In this document: piece by piece, positions 53,130 to 63,453 of the stretch | Numbering within the stretch: position 1 is the first letter of the stretch | How the letters are laid out: every line of letters starts with the position of its first letter | NCBI GenBank assembly: GCA_964344635.1 | Contig: CAYFOE010000002.1 | Location: 34,953-98,952 of the forward strand | Reading direction: 5' to 3' | Length of the DNA: 64,000 nt | Source of the DNA: Candidatus Woesearchaeota archaeon | GTDB lineage: Archaea > Nanobdellota > Nanobdellia > SCGC-AAA011-G17 > UBA489 | Program-made: the position numbers and the translations under genes | Notes under the pieces: generated by a model | The model's database searches: none | The model's input: only the letters and a program-made list of their open reading frames with translations | Told to the model about the DNA's origin: nothing

Positions 53130-53440
53130 TGAAATCTTTTAATGAATGGTGTTACGAACTTTTAAAACAAGTTCCTAAGGGAAATGTAACTACTTACAAA
53201 GAGCTAGCTCATGCACTGAATACAAAAGCGTATCGTGCGGTTGGCAATGCTATGAATAAAAATCCTTACGCTCCAAAAGTTCCATGCCATAGGGTGGTAA
53301 ATTCTGATGGCTCAATCGGAGGCTTTGCTTCGGGATCTAAGAATAAAATAAAAATGTTGAAAAAAGAGGGCATTGAGATAAGAAATAATAAAATAGATTT
53401 AAAGAGATATCTCTTTAAACCTTGCAGATTCCGCACTTAG
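53129..53440 (+). CDS. ogt: short O6-alkylguanine-DNA alkyltransferase (MGMT C-terminal domain only, active-site Cys present)
   Basis: Active site VPCHRVVNSDGSIGGF (PCHRV). HTH region YKELAHALNTKAYRAVGNAM. 103 aa. Confidence 0.6.
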   Translation: MKSFNEWCYELLKQVPKGNVTTYKELAHALNTKAYRAVGNAMNKNPYAPKVPCHRVVNSDGSIGGFASGSKNKIKMLKKEGIEIRNNKIDLKRYLFKPCRFRT

Positions 53441-54521
53441 CTAAGACTCTTTCTTTTGCGATTTCCATTCCAAGTTTTCTTGGTGAAACGCCTTTTTCTT
53501 TAGCTTTGTCCAAGACCATTGAAGTGTTGTGGGTTACCTTTTCTTCTACCATCTTCCACATGTCTTCTTCGGTTCCGCCAGTGTATTCTACGTAACTGCT
53601 GATCACGCCTCCTGAATTAGCTACAAAGTCTGGAACAACTAAAACTCCTTTTTTGTGAAATAGCTCTTCGACTTCATGGACCATTGGGATGTTGCTTCCT
53701 TCGACAATAATGTTGAATTTCATGTCGTTAACATCTCCTGCGTTGATTAGGTCTGGTATTGCTGCTGTAACTAAAACGTCCGCTTCAACGTTCTTTATGT
53801 CGTGACTTGGTAAGGTTTCACCTTCGGGATATTTAGTAACTGTCCCTTCTTCTTTTTTTATTTTTACAAGTTTTTCGAAGTCGAGACCGTCTTTGTTGTA
53901 AATGACTCCTCTTGAGTCTGAAACCGCGACTAGTTTTGCTCCGGATTCAACCATGTATTTTGATACAAACCATCCGACATTACCGAAGCCTTCTACTGCA
54001 AAGCTTACGTCTTTTAGTTCTCTGCCTGAGTGTTCAATTGCAACTTTTGTTGCATGGAATACTCCAAAACCTGTACTTCCTAACTCGTGAGGTAATCCGC
54101 CCATGTCTGCAGGCTTCCCTGTACAAGCTTTCATGTCGCCAATTGTTTCTGCGAGTATTCTCATTTCGTCTTCGGCCATGTTCATGTCTGGGGCTGAGAC
54201 GTAATGTTCTGGGCAGATTACTTTTAGACCGTCTGCGAAAGCTTTCACAAATTCTTCTTTTTCTTCTTTGCTCATGTGTTTATCGTTTGCGATAATTCCA
54301 CCTTTTCCTCCACCGAATGGTAGGTCTGCTAGTGCATTTTTCCAGGTCATAGCTCTTGCTAATCTTGAAACTTCGTGTGGGGTGACTGTTGGAGTCATTC
54401 TGACTCCGCCTTTTGCAGGACCTAATGCAGTACTGTCGATTACTACAAAACCTCTCATCCCTGATTTGGGATGGTATACCTCTAGAACCTTTTCAGGTCC
54501 ATAACTATCATATTCAATCAT
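53415..54521 (-). CDS. Glu/Leu/Phe/Val-family amino-acid dehydrogenase (short form)
   Basis: GPAKGGVRM, FGGGKGG, and the Rossmann motif EGFGNVGW. 368 aa. Confidence 0.75.
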   Translation of the reverse strand: MIEYDSYGPEKVLEVYHPKSGMRGFVVIDSTALGPAKGGVRMTPTVTPHEVSRLARAMTWKNALADLPFGGGKGGIIANDKHMSKEEKEEFVKAFADGLKVICPEHYVSAPDMNMAEDEMRILAETIGDMKACTGKPADMGGLPHELGSTGFGVFHATKVAIEHSGRELKDVSFAVEGFGNVGWFVSKYMVESGAKLVAVSDSRGVIYNKDGLDFEKLVKIKKEEGTVTKYPEGETLPSHDIKNVEADVLVTAAIPDLINAGDVNDMKFNIIVEGSNIPMVHEVEELFHKKGVLVVPDFVANSGGVISSYVEYTGGTEEDMWKMVEEKVTHNTSMVLDKAKEKGVSPRKLGMEIAKERVLAKCGICKV

Positions 54522-55422
54522 TTTTCAACCTCGTTACATAGTGATAGGCACCTTGTGCCGCAATACTTCCTTCTGCTGCAGATGTAATAAACTGTTTCAG
54601 GCTAGTTGCATTTGTTATGTCTCCTGCTGCATAGAAACCATTAATGTTAGTTGCGTGTTCTTTGTTTACTTCTATAAATCCGTGATCGTCCACTTTAACT
54701 CCTACGTTTTTTGCGATTTCATTCAAGGGTATGTGGCCAATCTCGACAAACATTCCATCTAAACTCAATTCTTTGCCATTATCTAGTTTAACTTTGTTCA
54801 TTGACTTACCATTACCTAATACTTCAATAACATTTGTTTTATGTATAACTTCTATTTTCTCGTCGTCATAGACTTGCTTGGAACTAATTGGTTCTGCTCT
54901 TAATTTTTCTCCACGGTAGATAACATAAACTTTTTTTGCGTAGTCTTTCATAAAGATAGCACCCAGTGCTGCAGAATCGCTTCCGCCTATAACTGCTACA
55001 ATTTTGTCCCTGTAAAGCGGACCATCGCAGGTATAACAATAATGGACTCCTTTACTGGCATATTCTTTTTCTCCGGGAATATTCAATTCCCTGTGTTTCA
55101 TGCCCATTGCAAAGATTATGGATCTTCCGCGGTAGGTTTCTTTGTTACAGATTACTTCAAAGCCGCCTTCGATCTTTTTTATTTCGTTAATAGTGTCTGT
55201 GATCATAGGAACCTTATATTCCTTGACATGTGTAATGAACTTTTGCATTAAGTCAAAGCCATTTACGCCTGGCTCGCCAATCCAGTTGTCGACTTTATGG
55301 GCAATATTTCCAGTCCCACCAAATTCTTTAGCAATGCAAATTGTGTCCATGCTAAACCTTGCAGAATATAACGCAGCACCTAATCCTGCTGCACCACCGC
55401 CAAGAACTATCACATCTTTCAT
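54514..55422 (-). CDS. trxB: thioredoxin-disulfide reductase
   Basis: FAD-binding VIVLGGGAAGLGAALY, redox CYTCDG, NAD(P)-binding VAVIGGSDSA. Confidence 0.8.
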   Translation of the reverse strand: MKDVIVLGGGAAGLGAALYSARFSMDTICIAKEFGGTGNIAHKVDNWIGEPGVNGFDLMQKFITHVKEYKVPMITDTINEIKKIEGGFEVICNKETYRGRSIIFAMGMKHRELNIPGEKEYASKGVHYCYTCDGPLYRDKIVAVIGGSDSAALGAIFMKDYAKKVYVIYRGEKLRAEPISSKQVYDDEKIEVIHKTNVIEVLGNGKSMNKVKLDNGKELSLDGMFVEIGHIPLNEIAKNVGVKVDDHGFIEVNKEHATNINGFYAAGDITNATSLKQFITSAAEGSIAAQGAYHYVTRLKND

Positions 55423-55508
55423 AAAATTACAAAAAAGAAATCTCTATTTAAGGATTATGTTTATGTAGATTAATAAAACTGTTTATAATTAATTAAAATA
55501 GGTTTTAA

Positions 55509-56174
55509 TTATTCTTCGACAACTCTTTTTTCGTGGTGTTTGTCTGAGTCTTCATAATATGGCTCGTTTTTCTCAAATCCTTCATCAGAATTTTTGGCAA
55601 CTTCACTGTTTTCAGAGGGATAATATTCGTTTGCTTGTTTTTCTTCTGGTCTTTCTTCTACACTGTCTTTGCTTAATGCTTCGGCAATCTTCTTACCGAA
55701 TTCTCTTGAAGCCTGGGGGCCATCAGCAGTGATGATCTGTCCGTCTACTACGACGTGTCCATCTGAGGTTATTGCACTGGCTTCATCTAATGATTCTAGT
55801 TCGGATTCGTATGCAGTTGCGTTTTTTCCAGATAAAACTCCTGCTCTTGCTAATATTCCGGGAGCAATGCAGATTGCTGCTAGGATTTTACCTTGTTCTA
55901 TTGTCTGGTAACACATTTCAAGAACTTTTTCGTTATCGAAATAAATTTTGGCTCCAGTTCCACCGGAGAAAACTAGTGCGTCATAGTCTGCAACATCTGC
56001 CTCGTCAACCAGTAGGTCGGTGACAACTTCTCTTCCATCAACGGAGCTTACTGCGGAGTCATTCAAGCTTGCTACAGCCACTTTGTGGCCTGCATTCTCA
56101 AGTTCTTCTCTAACTTGAAAATATTCTTCATCCCTAAAGTTTTCGGGAGCAATTATTATCAAAACGTCTGCCAT
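55509..56174 (-). CDS. DJ-1/PfpI-family protein with an acidic C-terminal extension
   Basis: MADVLIIIAPENF, FSGGTGAKIY, AAICIAPGILARAG (nucleophile elbow Cys). The tabulated ORF starts 6 nt upstream at a TTG. Confidence 0.7.
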   Translation of the reverse strand: MADVLIIIAPENFRDEEYFQVREELENAGHKVAVASLNDSAVSSVDGREVVTDLLVDEADVADYDALVFSGGTGAKIYFDNEKVLEMCYQTIEQGKILAAICIAPGILARAGVLSGKNATAYESELESLDEASAITSDGHVVVDGQIITADGPQASREFGKKIAEALSKDSVEERPEEKQANEYYPSENSEVAKNSDEGFEKNEPYYEDSDKHHEKRVVEE

Positions 56175-56223
56175 TAGCAAACCTTCAACATAAATATCTT
56201 TTTAATATTTTTGTTTATATAGT

Positions 56224-56448
56224 CTATCTTTTCTGGACCCTTAAAGCTCCGCCACGCTTGTAGGGACTGCTTTTTCCACCTTTAGCCTTTCTATCTGAGT
56301 CGTCAGCTTCATATTCTACACTTTCATCAAAACCGCATTCCATACAGACTAGATAACTGAAAAAATCGTCTCCTTCTATTTCTACGTGTCCGCTTCCACA
56401 TCTAGGACATTTTTTATCGGAATTTCCACAAATTTTCGCACTAGTCAT
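56224..56448 (-). CDS. small zinc-ribbon protein
   Basis: CPRCGSG...CMECG. 74 aa. Confidence 0.3.
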   Translation of the reverse strand: MTSAKICGNSDKKCPRCGSGHVEIEGDDFFSYLVCMECGFDESVEYEADDSDRKAKGGKSSPYKRGGALRVQKR

Positions 56449-56626
56449 CTTAACTATTCTTCAGAATAAAATGGATTTAAAGTATCATCTACTTCATACC
56501 CTTCATAATAGCCTACTATCATTTGAAATGCTTCATCAAATGCATCTTGGCTATCAATCCTACATTCTTCCTTTTTAGATACTTTTTCCATAGAATTATA
56601 GGGTTTTAATATATTAAAAAACTTAC

Positions 56627-56881
56627 TCAAATCAGTTTTTCGCCATTTTCGTTGTAAATGTTGATTACGTTTACTGGACAGGCTTGTGCAGAATCCATAA
56701 TGGCTTCTAATTGTTCTTCAGTAAATTCATATTCGAATATTCCTGGTTTGACTTCGACACCGCCAACTAAATCAGCTTTACCGTCTTTGTCAGACATTTT
56801 CCATCTTTCTTCAAGTAATGCCGCACATGCAGCTGCACCAATGCAGGCTTTTCGGTCATAAACAACTTTGTATTTTGCCAT
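56627..56881 (-). CDS. small single-cluster ferredoxin-like protein; paralog of 57741..57983
   Basis: MAKYKVVYDRKACIGAAACAA...AQACPVNVI. The tabulated ORF is extended to 56956 with a non-ATG start. Confidence 0.5.
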   Translation of the reverse strand: MAKYKVVYDRKACIGAAACAALLEERWKMSDKDGKADLVGGVEVKPGIFEYEFTEEQLEAIMDSAQACPVNVINIYNENGEKLI

Positions 56882-56927
56882 AGTCTTCAAATTTGAAAGA
56901 GTCTTATAAATTTTCCTCCACTTGAAA

Positions 56928-57698
56928 CTATACGTATATTCCAACAATATTGGCAATTAATTGTCCTGCATAAAAGGCTACAAATGTTGCTAGGCCTCCT
57001 ACAAAAACCATCTCTAAGGCACTTTTCAGCCAATTCCTGCCTGTAAAATGAGTCTTTGCAGCCCCGGCTAAGAACAGGATTGCTAGGGAAGAGATTATTG
57101 CTGATTTTAGTGCAAAGTCCAGTGATAAGAACATGAATGATGAGAGAGGAATGAATGCTCCAAAGATAAATGCCCAAAACATTACAATGCTTGCAAGAAA
57201 TGCATTCTCCATTTTGGATTCATTTAATCCTAACTCTTCGTTGACTAAGACATCCAACCATATTTTTTTATTAGATGTTAGCTTTTCAACAATATCGTCA
57301 AGTTGTCTTCCTTTGAATCCTTTACTTGCATAGATTTCACGAACATGTTTCTTCTCAACTCCGGGGTAATTTTCCAATTCTTCCCTTTCTCTTTTTACTT
57401 CTCTTTTATAAAATTCTATTTGGCTTTTGGTGCTAATGTATGTTCCAAGCGACATAGAAATTGCTCCTGCTAACATTTCAGTTACGCCTGCGATTAACAC
57501 TATGTTCTTGCTCATTAAAGCTCCGGCCATTCCTGCTGAAAGAGCTAAGACACTAACCAGGCCGTCATTCATTCCGAATATTGCATGTCTCAAGAACTTT
57601 CCTGCGGGCGAATGCAATTCTTCGTGAAGATCTACATTTCTATTCTTTTTGTTCTTGGAATAAACTCTAAAAAAATCCAAACCTCTTACCATTTTCAC
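56928..57698 (-). CDS. VIT1/CCC1-family iron/manganese transporter
   Basis: FLRHAIFGMNDGLVSVLALSAGMAGA, and C-terminal TM helices. Alternative ATG at 57692. Confidence 0.65.
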   Translation of the reverse strand: MKMVRGLDFFRVYSKNKKNRNVDLHEELHSPAGKFLRHAIFGMNDGLVSVLALSAGMAGALMSKNIVLIAGVTEMLAGAISMSLGTYISTKSQIEFYKREVKREREELENYPGVEKKHVREIYASKGFKGRQLDDIVEKLTSNKKIWLDVLVNEELGLNESKMENAFLASIVMFWAFIFGAFIPLSSFMFLSLDFALKSAIISSLAILFLAGAAKTHFTGRNWLKSALEMVFVGGLATFVAFYAGQLIANIVGIYV

Positions 57699-57740
57699 CC
57701 CTTAATCAAATAAAAACGTACACCTATTAAAAACTAACTG

Positions 57741-57983
57741 TTAGATTAACTTTTTTTCTTTTTCGTAAAGGTGTATACAATTAACAGGACAGGCTTGTGC
57801 AGCTTCCATGTCTTTTTCTAAGCTGTCAATTTCTAGGACTTCGTCGGTTCCCACTTCATCTGAACCTACAAGATTGCTTTTGCCATCTTGGTTGGACATA
57901 ACCCAGTGTTCTGGGTTTATTGCGGCGCAAACGCCACATCCTATACAGGTTGGCCTATCATGGATTATTTTAAAATCGCTCAT
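57741..57983 (-). CDS. small single-cluster ferredoxin-like protein
   Basis: HDRPTCIGCGVCAA...AQACPVNCIHLYEKE. 80 aa. Confidence 0.5.
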   Translation of the reverse strand: MSDFKIIHDRPTCIGCGVCAAINPEHWVMSNQDGKSNLVGSDEVGTDEVLEIDSLEKDMEAAQACPVNCIHLYEKEKKLI

Positions 57984-57990
57984 AGAGCCT

Positions 57991-59145
57991 TCAGGCCCGA
58001 ATTTTGCTTATAAATTTATCCATGCGTCTTAGTGCTTCTTCTATTTGTTTAAGGTCTGTTGCATAACTGCATCTAATATATCCTTCACCGAATCTTCCGA
58101 ATTCTTTTCCAGGCACGACCCCTACTTTTGCTTTCCTTAATAGGTCGAATGAAAATTTGTAGCTATTGTCAGTCAAATGGCTGATGTCCGACATTGTGTA
58201 GAATGCTCCGTTGGGCATCACTGTCTTTAGTCCAATTTGGTTCAAGCCTTTAACGATGACTTTTCTTCTTTTGTCATATTCCTTGACCATGTTATCGATG
58301 TATGATTTTTTTAACTTTAATGCCTCGGTGGCAATCATTTGAGAGATGGTTGGGGCACAGGTAGTAGTATAAAGGTGGGCTTTCTTCATAGCCTCCATTA
58401 GGGGTGTGGGTCCGACTGCATAACCTACCCTAAAACCGCACATTGCGTTAGTCTTGCTAAATGATTGCATGGTTACAACATATTTGTCCATTCCATTAAA
58501 TGAACCTATGCTGTGGTGTTTCTTATCGTAGGTTAATTTTTCATAAGCTTCGTCACTGAAAACGTATAAGTCATTTTCTACTGCAATGTCTGCAACTTCT
58601 TCTAAAATTTTCTTTGATAAAACATTTCCAGTGGGATTGCCGGGCGTATTGATCAGAACCGCTTTTGTTTTTTTATTGATTAACTTTTTTAACTCGTCAG
58701 GATTAATGTTCCACCCATCTTCAGCTTTCAGCTCTAGGGAAACTGGAAATGCATTGAATAGTTCAAACATGGGTAGGTATCCTAGGTAGCTAGGATTTGG
58801 GATTATCACTTGTTCGCTAACATCTAGGGTGCATGCAGTTGTCAACAACAAAGCTTCTTGGCTTCCATTTGTAACCACGATATTGTCGGGGTTGACATCA
58901 ATCTTATTGTCTTTCTTCAATTTTTTGGCTAAGGCTTCTCTTAATTCTATTCTTCCACCTGGAGGACTATAATGATTGCTTTTGCCAATTACTTTACTAG
59001 CATATTCTACTAATGGTTCAGGCAGATCAAAATCTGGCTCGCCAGGACCTAAAGAAATCACGTCTTTATCTTCAACTGCAGCTTTCATTAGCTTCCCAAT
59101 AACTTCATCGGGAAGGTCTAGTTCTCTCTCAGATATATGTGTCAA
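57991..59145 (-). CDS. class I/II PLP-dependent aminotransferase (aspartate aminotransferase-like)
   Basis: GPGEPDFDLP, SFSKTNAMCGFRVGY (Schiff-base Lys), NPTG. TTG start as tabulated. Confidence 0.8.
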   Translation of the reverse strand: MTHISERELDLPDEVIGKLMKAAVEDKDVISLGPGEPDFDLPEPLVEYASKVIGKSNHYSPPGGRIELREALAKKLKKDNKIDVNPDNIVVTNGSQEALLLTTACTLDVSEQVIIPNPSYLGYLPMFELFNAFPVSLELKAEDGWNINPDELKKLINKKTKAVLINTPGNPTGNVLSKKILEEVADIAVENDLYVFSDEAYEKLTYDKKHHSIGSFNGMDKYVVTMQSFSKTNAMCGFRVGYAVGPTPLMEAMKKAHLYTTTCAPTISQMIATEALKLKKSYIDNMVKEYDKRRKVIVKGLNQIGLKTVMPNGAFYTMSDISHLTDNSYKFSFDLLRKAKVGVVPGKEFGRFGEGYIRCSYATDLKQIEEALRRMDKFISKIRA

Positions 59146-59495
59146 AAAACTTCACCTCTATGATATGACTTCTTGAGATGTTATATAAAACTTGTCTTGA
59201 ATTTATAAGAAAATTCACCACTAAAAAATTAAAATAATAATTTCGACGATAGATATAAATACAAGTTTTGACTACCCTACTTTCGAAGGCATAAGCCTGA
59301 AAAAAAGAGAAGTGATTGTATAAAATCCTTCTAAAAAACATCTGCAAAACCAACACACATCATAGTCAAGGATGCAGGCAGGGGGTTTCCTATCTTTCCC
59401 TAACACCTCTTTTCCCTCTGCCTCCTCCAAGACAAATACAATATAAAAGTTCTATCAAAGAAATCTTTAAAAGCGAAAATGGTAATATAATTTCT

Positions 59496-59780
59496 ATGGC
59501 AGAATACGATTCTGAAAGAAGAAACTCTGATGAAAGAGCGGGGATCTATTCCGACGAAGGAAGGGAAGATCTCATTGAAAAAGAGGACGAAATTACAGAT
59601 GTAGATGAAGGCTTTATGAAAGGCTATAATGACTACAGCGAGTCTACTCAATGTAAAAACTGCAAAAAAACATTAGAAGGTCACGAAGTTATTGAACGTG
59701 AATTCAAGGATGAGGTTTGCAGGTTCTGTTCTCAGCACTGTTTGACAGAGTTCGAAATAAACAACCAGGAAGAGGAATAG
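59496..59780 (+). CDS. small acidic zinc-finger protein
   Basis: MAEYDSERRNSDE...CKNCKK...CRFCSQHC. A TATA-like CTTTAAAAGC lies about 25 nt upstream. The tabulated ORF 59316..59780 begins at a TTG and is probably over-extended. Confidence 0.35.
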   Translation: MAEYDSERRNSDERAGIYSDEGREDLIEKEDEITDVDEGFMKGYNDYSESTQCKNCKKTLEGHEVIEREFKDEVCRFCSQHCLTEFEINNQEEE

Positions 59781-59817
59781 ATTCCAATTTTTTCTTTTAT
59801 TTTATAGATAGATCTCC

Positions 59818-60249
59818 CTAAGGTTGTTCTTTTAATGTTTTGAAACACATTTTTCTAAGGTGGCTATAGTGCCTCCATGATCTAAAACTTAACCTTCTAG
59901 TTTTTCTCATATTGGCTTTATAATTTCTTTCACCTTTTTCGAGTTCCGAAAATTTATCTGATCCAAAGGGTATGACTGTTACTTCTGTTTCAATGCCTTG
60001 AACTTGGTCTTCTGTAACGCCTACGTAGATTCCAAGATCGGAGTCTTTGTTTATCTCGTGTAAAAAAGGAGCTCCATCTTTTAGTCTGCCTATGACTCTT
60101 TCTAATCCAACAAATTCTTTTATCAATCTTGATCCATAACTGCAAGAACCTTGAGGGAAGTTAACTAAGTTTGTAGCCATAACTTCTCTAATAATTTTCA
60201 GTTGAGGATAATAGGCTAAATCAACACCTTCATAATGATCTAATTCCAT
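59818..60249 (-). CDS. hypothetical protein
   Basis: 143 aa, ATG start, no motifs recognised. Confidence 0.3.
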   Translation of the reverse strand: MELDHYEGVDLAYYPQLKIIREVMATNLVNFPQGSCSYGSRLIKEFVGLERVIGRLKDGAPFLHEINKDSDLGIYVGVTEDQVQGIETEVTVIPFGSDKFSELEKGERNYKANMRKTRRLSFRSWRHYSHLRKMCFKTLKEQP

Positions 60250-60725
60250 TAGAAAATCACTCCTACTAAAACTCCTTTAATATCCTTAAATCTTCTCTTC
60301 CCTGTATCCATTGAGCTTAATTCGTCTCCTTTTGTCAATGCATACCATCCTTCATTGTCGTAATCGATTTGGATAATCCTGTGAATATAGACTTCGCCAG
60401 AATATTCGAATGAAATAATATCGCCTATATAGATTTCATTTTCGTTTAATGGGACAAATTCAAGACCATTTCCATTTTCATTCATGAATAATCCCATGGA
60501 GCCAGTTTCAGTAAATTTTGATAGCCTGATATTTTTTCCATTTAGGTCGATGTTAATTGAATTTTTGTATAATTTTAAGTCACTTTCTTTGATATGGTCG
60601 TAAGAGCCTTCAGCTTCTTTTTCAAAAGCATATCCTTCAGTAAAACTACCAATAACTACACCTAAGCTCAAACCAAATAACATTGCCAAAAACAATATTC
60701 CTTTTCTAAAATTTTTAAGGTGCAT
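60249..60725 (-). CDS. signal peptidase I-like (archaeal Sec11-type), tentative
   Basis: N-terminal TM segment ILFLAMLFGLSLGVVIG, a GSM nucleophile-like motif (TETGSMGLF), and a His downstream (YIHRII). Confidence 0.35.
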   Translation of the reverse strand: MHLKNFRKGILFLAMLFGLSLGVVIGSFTEGYAFEKEAEGSYDHIKESDLKLYKNSINIDLNGKNIRLSKFTETGSMGLFMNENGNGLEFVPLNENEIYIGDIISFEYSGEVYIHRIIQIDYDNEGWYALTKGDELSSMDTGKRRFKDIKGVLVGVIF

Positions 60726-60776
60726 TTTATTCCTACACCTCTAAAAAGTCAGTCTAAATCTAATTTATTAACTTTA

Positions 60777-62678
60777 CTATCTAAGCCTTATACTTTCTAG
60801 GTTCTTAGGAGTGATTGTTTCCATCCTATAGGTCTTATGCAAGCTAGAAGCCAGGTCTAAACACCTTGTAACCTCTCCGTGCTGTACAATAACTCTCTTA
60901 GGTCTAGGGTTTAGGTCTTTAATGAATTTCATTAATTCGTTCCTTCCTGCATGACCTGTAAAGTCTGTGATAAAATGAATTCCTAGTTTAACTTCTATTT
61001 CTGAAGCTTTTCCTTCGTCTGTGAAGATGATTTTTCTTTCACCGTCTTGTATTCTTCTTCCTAGTGTTCCTTGGCCTTGGTATGTTACAAAAACCAAGCT
61101 ATTTTTGGGGTTGTCGGCCATTTTCTTGAAGTATTCTAGGCTTGCACCTGCGTTAAGCATTCCTGCGGTTGCTAAGATAATACATGATTCGTCACTTTCC
61201 ATGATTTGTTCTTGTTCTTTTCTGCTTCCAACTTTCTTGAAAACTTCGCTTAAGAAAGGGTTCTCGTCTTTATGATAGATTAATCTTCTTAGATCTCTGT
61301 TCAAGAAATCTGGGTAAGCAGTGTGGATTGCGGTAATATCCCAGACCATCCCTTGTACATAGATTGGCATTTTTTCTAACTTGCCTTCACGCATTGCTGC
61401 TTCTAAGACTAGTAGTAATTCTTGTGCTCTCCCTACGCCTAAAACTGGAATTAGGGTTTTACCTTTCTTTTTCTTGGTTTCACTGATGATCTCGATCAAA
61501 TCTTCTTCTGCTTTTTTCCTTGATCCTAATACGCTTTCTTTATTCCCGTATGTGCTTTCTACCATCACTGTTTCTAATCGTGGGAATTTGGTTGGCGCTG
61601 CATCTAGTGCTCTTGTTTTTAGGTACTTCATGTCTGCAGTGTACAAGAAGTTATGGGCGCCATTTCCAATGTTCAGATGGGTCATTGAACTTCCTAAGAT
61701 GTGCCCTGAATTATACAATGTAAGCCTTATGTCTGGAGTAATGTCTGTAACTTCTTCCCAATCTAGAGTAATTGTGTGTTTAACCATTTCTTTGACGTCT
61801 TGGATCTCGAATAGGTTTTTCTTTGCTTGTTTGAATGAAACGCCGATTGCATCTAGGCATGAGAGTGCTGAGATGTCTCTTGTAGGTTTGGTTGCATAGA
61901 CTGGTCCTCTATAGCCCATTTTGAATAAAAATGGAATGAAACCTGAGTGGTCCATGTGTGCATGTGATAAGACAATTGCGTCTAATTCAGATAGTTTGAA
62001 CTCGGGTGCGTCCAGAATGGGGTATGCTCCTGAACCGTGATCGATTCCGGGATTGATTCCACAGTCTAATAGTACATTGCTTTCAGGGGTTTGTAGTAAG
62101 ATTGCACTTCTCCCTACTTGTCTTCCTGCTCCGAGCATGGTTACTCTGACCCATTCTTCTTTCTTGCCTTTGGACCATCCATCGTAGATTCTATGACCTA
62201 CTTTGTTCAAGAATTTTTTTCTATAATCATTATTTTGGTACAATACACTTCTAATATTTTCAATAATTTGGCTTTTGATTATTGGCGTTCTCTTAACAAC
62301 TGGAACCCATAGTACTTTCTTTTTAATTTCTCTAAGAACTTCGCCTTGTTTTCCTATAACTGAGCCAGGCTTTTCTGCTTCAATGATAACGATTGATCTT
62401 TGAGGGTCAAAAATAACGTTTGTAACTTCGGCTTCTTTAGGCACTATTTTCTTGATTTCTTTTTCAGCTTTTTCCAGTTCCATACATAAACTTGGATCGG
62501 GCCTTAATTCAATTCTTTTCTTGATCTTACTAACCACTCTTCTGATAACATCACTGTTGTTTAGGAAGAAATCTTTACTGGTAGTATAAACTATAATGTT
62601 GGCACCTTCAAAAAAGGTGTCACTTACCTTAGCTTCGCTAGGTAATTCCTTCATGATTTCATCAATAATGTCTGCCAT
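60777..62678 (-). CDS. archaeal CPSF1 homolog: KH-domain beta-CASP metallo-beta-lactamase ribonuclease
   Basis: N-terminal KH domains, LSHAHMDHSG (HxHxDH), beta-CASP region. 633 aa. Confidence 0.85.
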   Translation of the reverse strand: MADIIDEIMKELPSEAKVSDTFFEGANIIVYTTSKDFFLNNSDVIRRVVSKIKKRIELRPDPSLCMELEKAEKEIKKIVPKEAEVTNVIFDPQRSIVIIEAEKPGSVIGKQGEVLREIKKKVLWVPVVKRTPIIKSQIIENIRSVLYQNNDYRKKFLNKVGHRIYDGWSKGKKEEWVRVTMLGAGRQVGRSAILLQTPESNVLLDCGINPGIDHGSGAYPILDAPEFKLSELDAIVLSHAHMDHSGFIPFLFKMGYRGPVYATKPTRDISALSCLDAIGVSFKQAKKNLFEIQDVKEMVKHTITLDWEEVTDITPDIRLTLYNSGHILGSSMTHLNIGNGAHNFLYTADMKYLKTRALDAAPTKFPRLETVMVESTYGNKESVLGSRKKAEEDLIEIISETKKKKGKTLIPVLGVGRAQELLLVLEAAMREGKLEKMPIYVQGMVWDITAIHTAYPDFLNRDLRRLIYHKDENPFLSEVFKKVGSRKEQEQIMESDESCIILATAGMLNAGASLEYFKKMADNPKNSLVFVTYQGQGTLGRRIQDGERKIIFTDEGKASEIEVKLGIHFITDFTGHAGRNELMKFIKDLNPRPKRVIVQHGEVTRCLDLASSLHKTYRMETITPKNLESIRLR

Positions 62679-62721
62679 CTTTAAATAAAAAAATAAAATA
62701 AATTATTAGAATAATAAAATT

Positions 62722-63378
62722 TTAACAAGTAATGTTTGTGTTTAACTTTTCTGCAAATACTTTCTTTACTCCTTTGTCGGTTATTGTATATACGTCAATA
62801 CCCTCTCCAGTTGCTGCATCTCTTTGCATAGCCGCATTAACAGCTTTAACAGCAAGTTTAACAGCCTCATTAACTTTTATACCTTTTTTGTATAATGTAT
62901 CTAAAACTCCGAAAGCCATCATAAATCCGCTTCCGTCAGTAACATAGTCTTCGTGTTCTAGAACACTTCCGTCAACCCCTACATCGTATAGGTGGTATCC
63001 TTCCGAATCAACTCCTCCTAATAAGAATCCTGTAATTCCCATGATTGGGCTAAGTCTTCTTACGTTTTGGTAAACGATTGATCCTAGTAAGTTTGAAGTT
63101 TCTTTAACATTCATGTCCATTCCGGTTCTGTATTTTTTTAATCTTAATTCTGCTTTGATTAATTTAGTGATTAGTTGGGCATCTGAAACCACACCTGCCA
63201 TTGTTACTGCAACATTATCAGAGATAGGAAAAACTTTATCTACAGTTTTATTACTGATTATTCTTCCACCCAAAGTTGCTCTTTTATCAGCAGCAAGGAC
63301 AATTCCGTCAACACATTTAATACCGACAGTTGTTGTACCTTTTTTGGTATGTTCCTTTAAGTCTTCGTTCACGCTCAT
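62722..63378 (-). CDS. psmB: proteasome subunit beta
   Basis: Propeptide MSVNEDLKEHTKKG, then the mature Thr1 sequence TTTVGIKCVDGIVLAADKRATLG. Confidence 0.85.
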   Translation of the reverse strand: MSVNEDLKEHTKKGTTTVGIKCVDGIVLAADKRATLGGRIISNKTVDKVFPISDNVAVTMAGVVSDAQLITKLIKAELRLKKYRTGMDMNVKETSNLLGSIVYQNVRRLSPIMGITGFLLGGVDSEGYHLYDVGVDGSVLEHEDYVTDGSGFMMAFGVLDTLYKKGIKVNEAVKLAVKAVNAAMQRDAATGEGIDVYTITDKGVKKVFAEKLNTNITC

Positions 63379-63453
63379 TTAGATTTCACCAGAATTGGTA
63401 ATTCAGAATACAATATAAAATTTTAACCGATTTATAAATCTTTCTGTCTTACA

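Noticed and set aside
56458-56595. Possible 45-aa acidic minus-strand ORF (MEKVSKKEECRIDSQDAFDEAFQMIVGYYEGYEVDDTLNPFYSEE)
   Set aside because: It is too short and unsupported to call, and it lies in the gap between the Zn-ribbon gene and the ferredoxin. Noted only as a possible small protein.
62732-62947. Apparent ALTASLTASLT repeat peptide
   Set aside because: It is antisense to the proteasome beta-subunit gene. The repeat is an artefact of translating the opposite strand.
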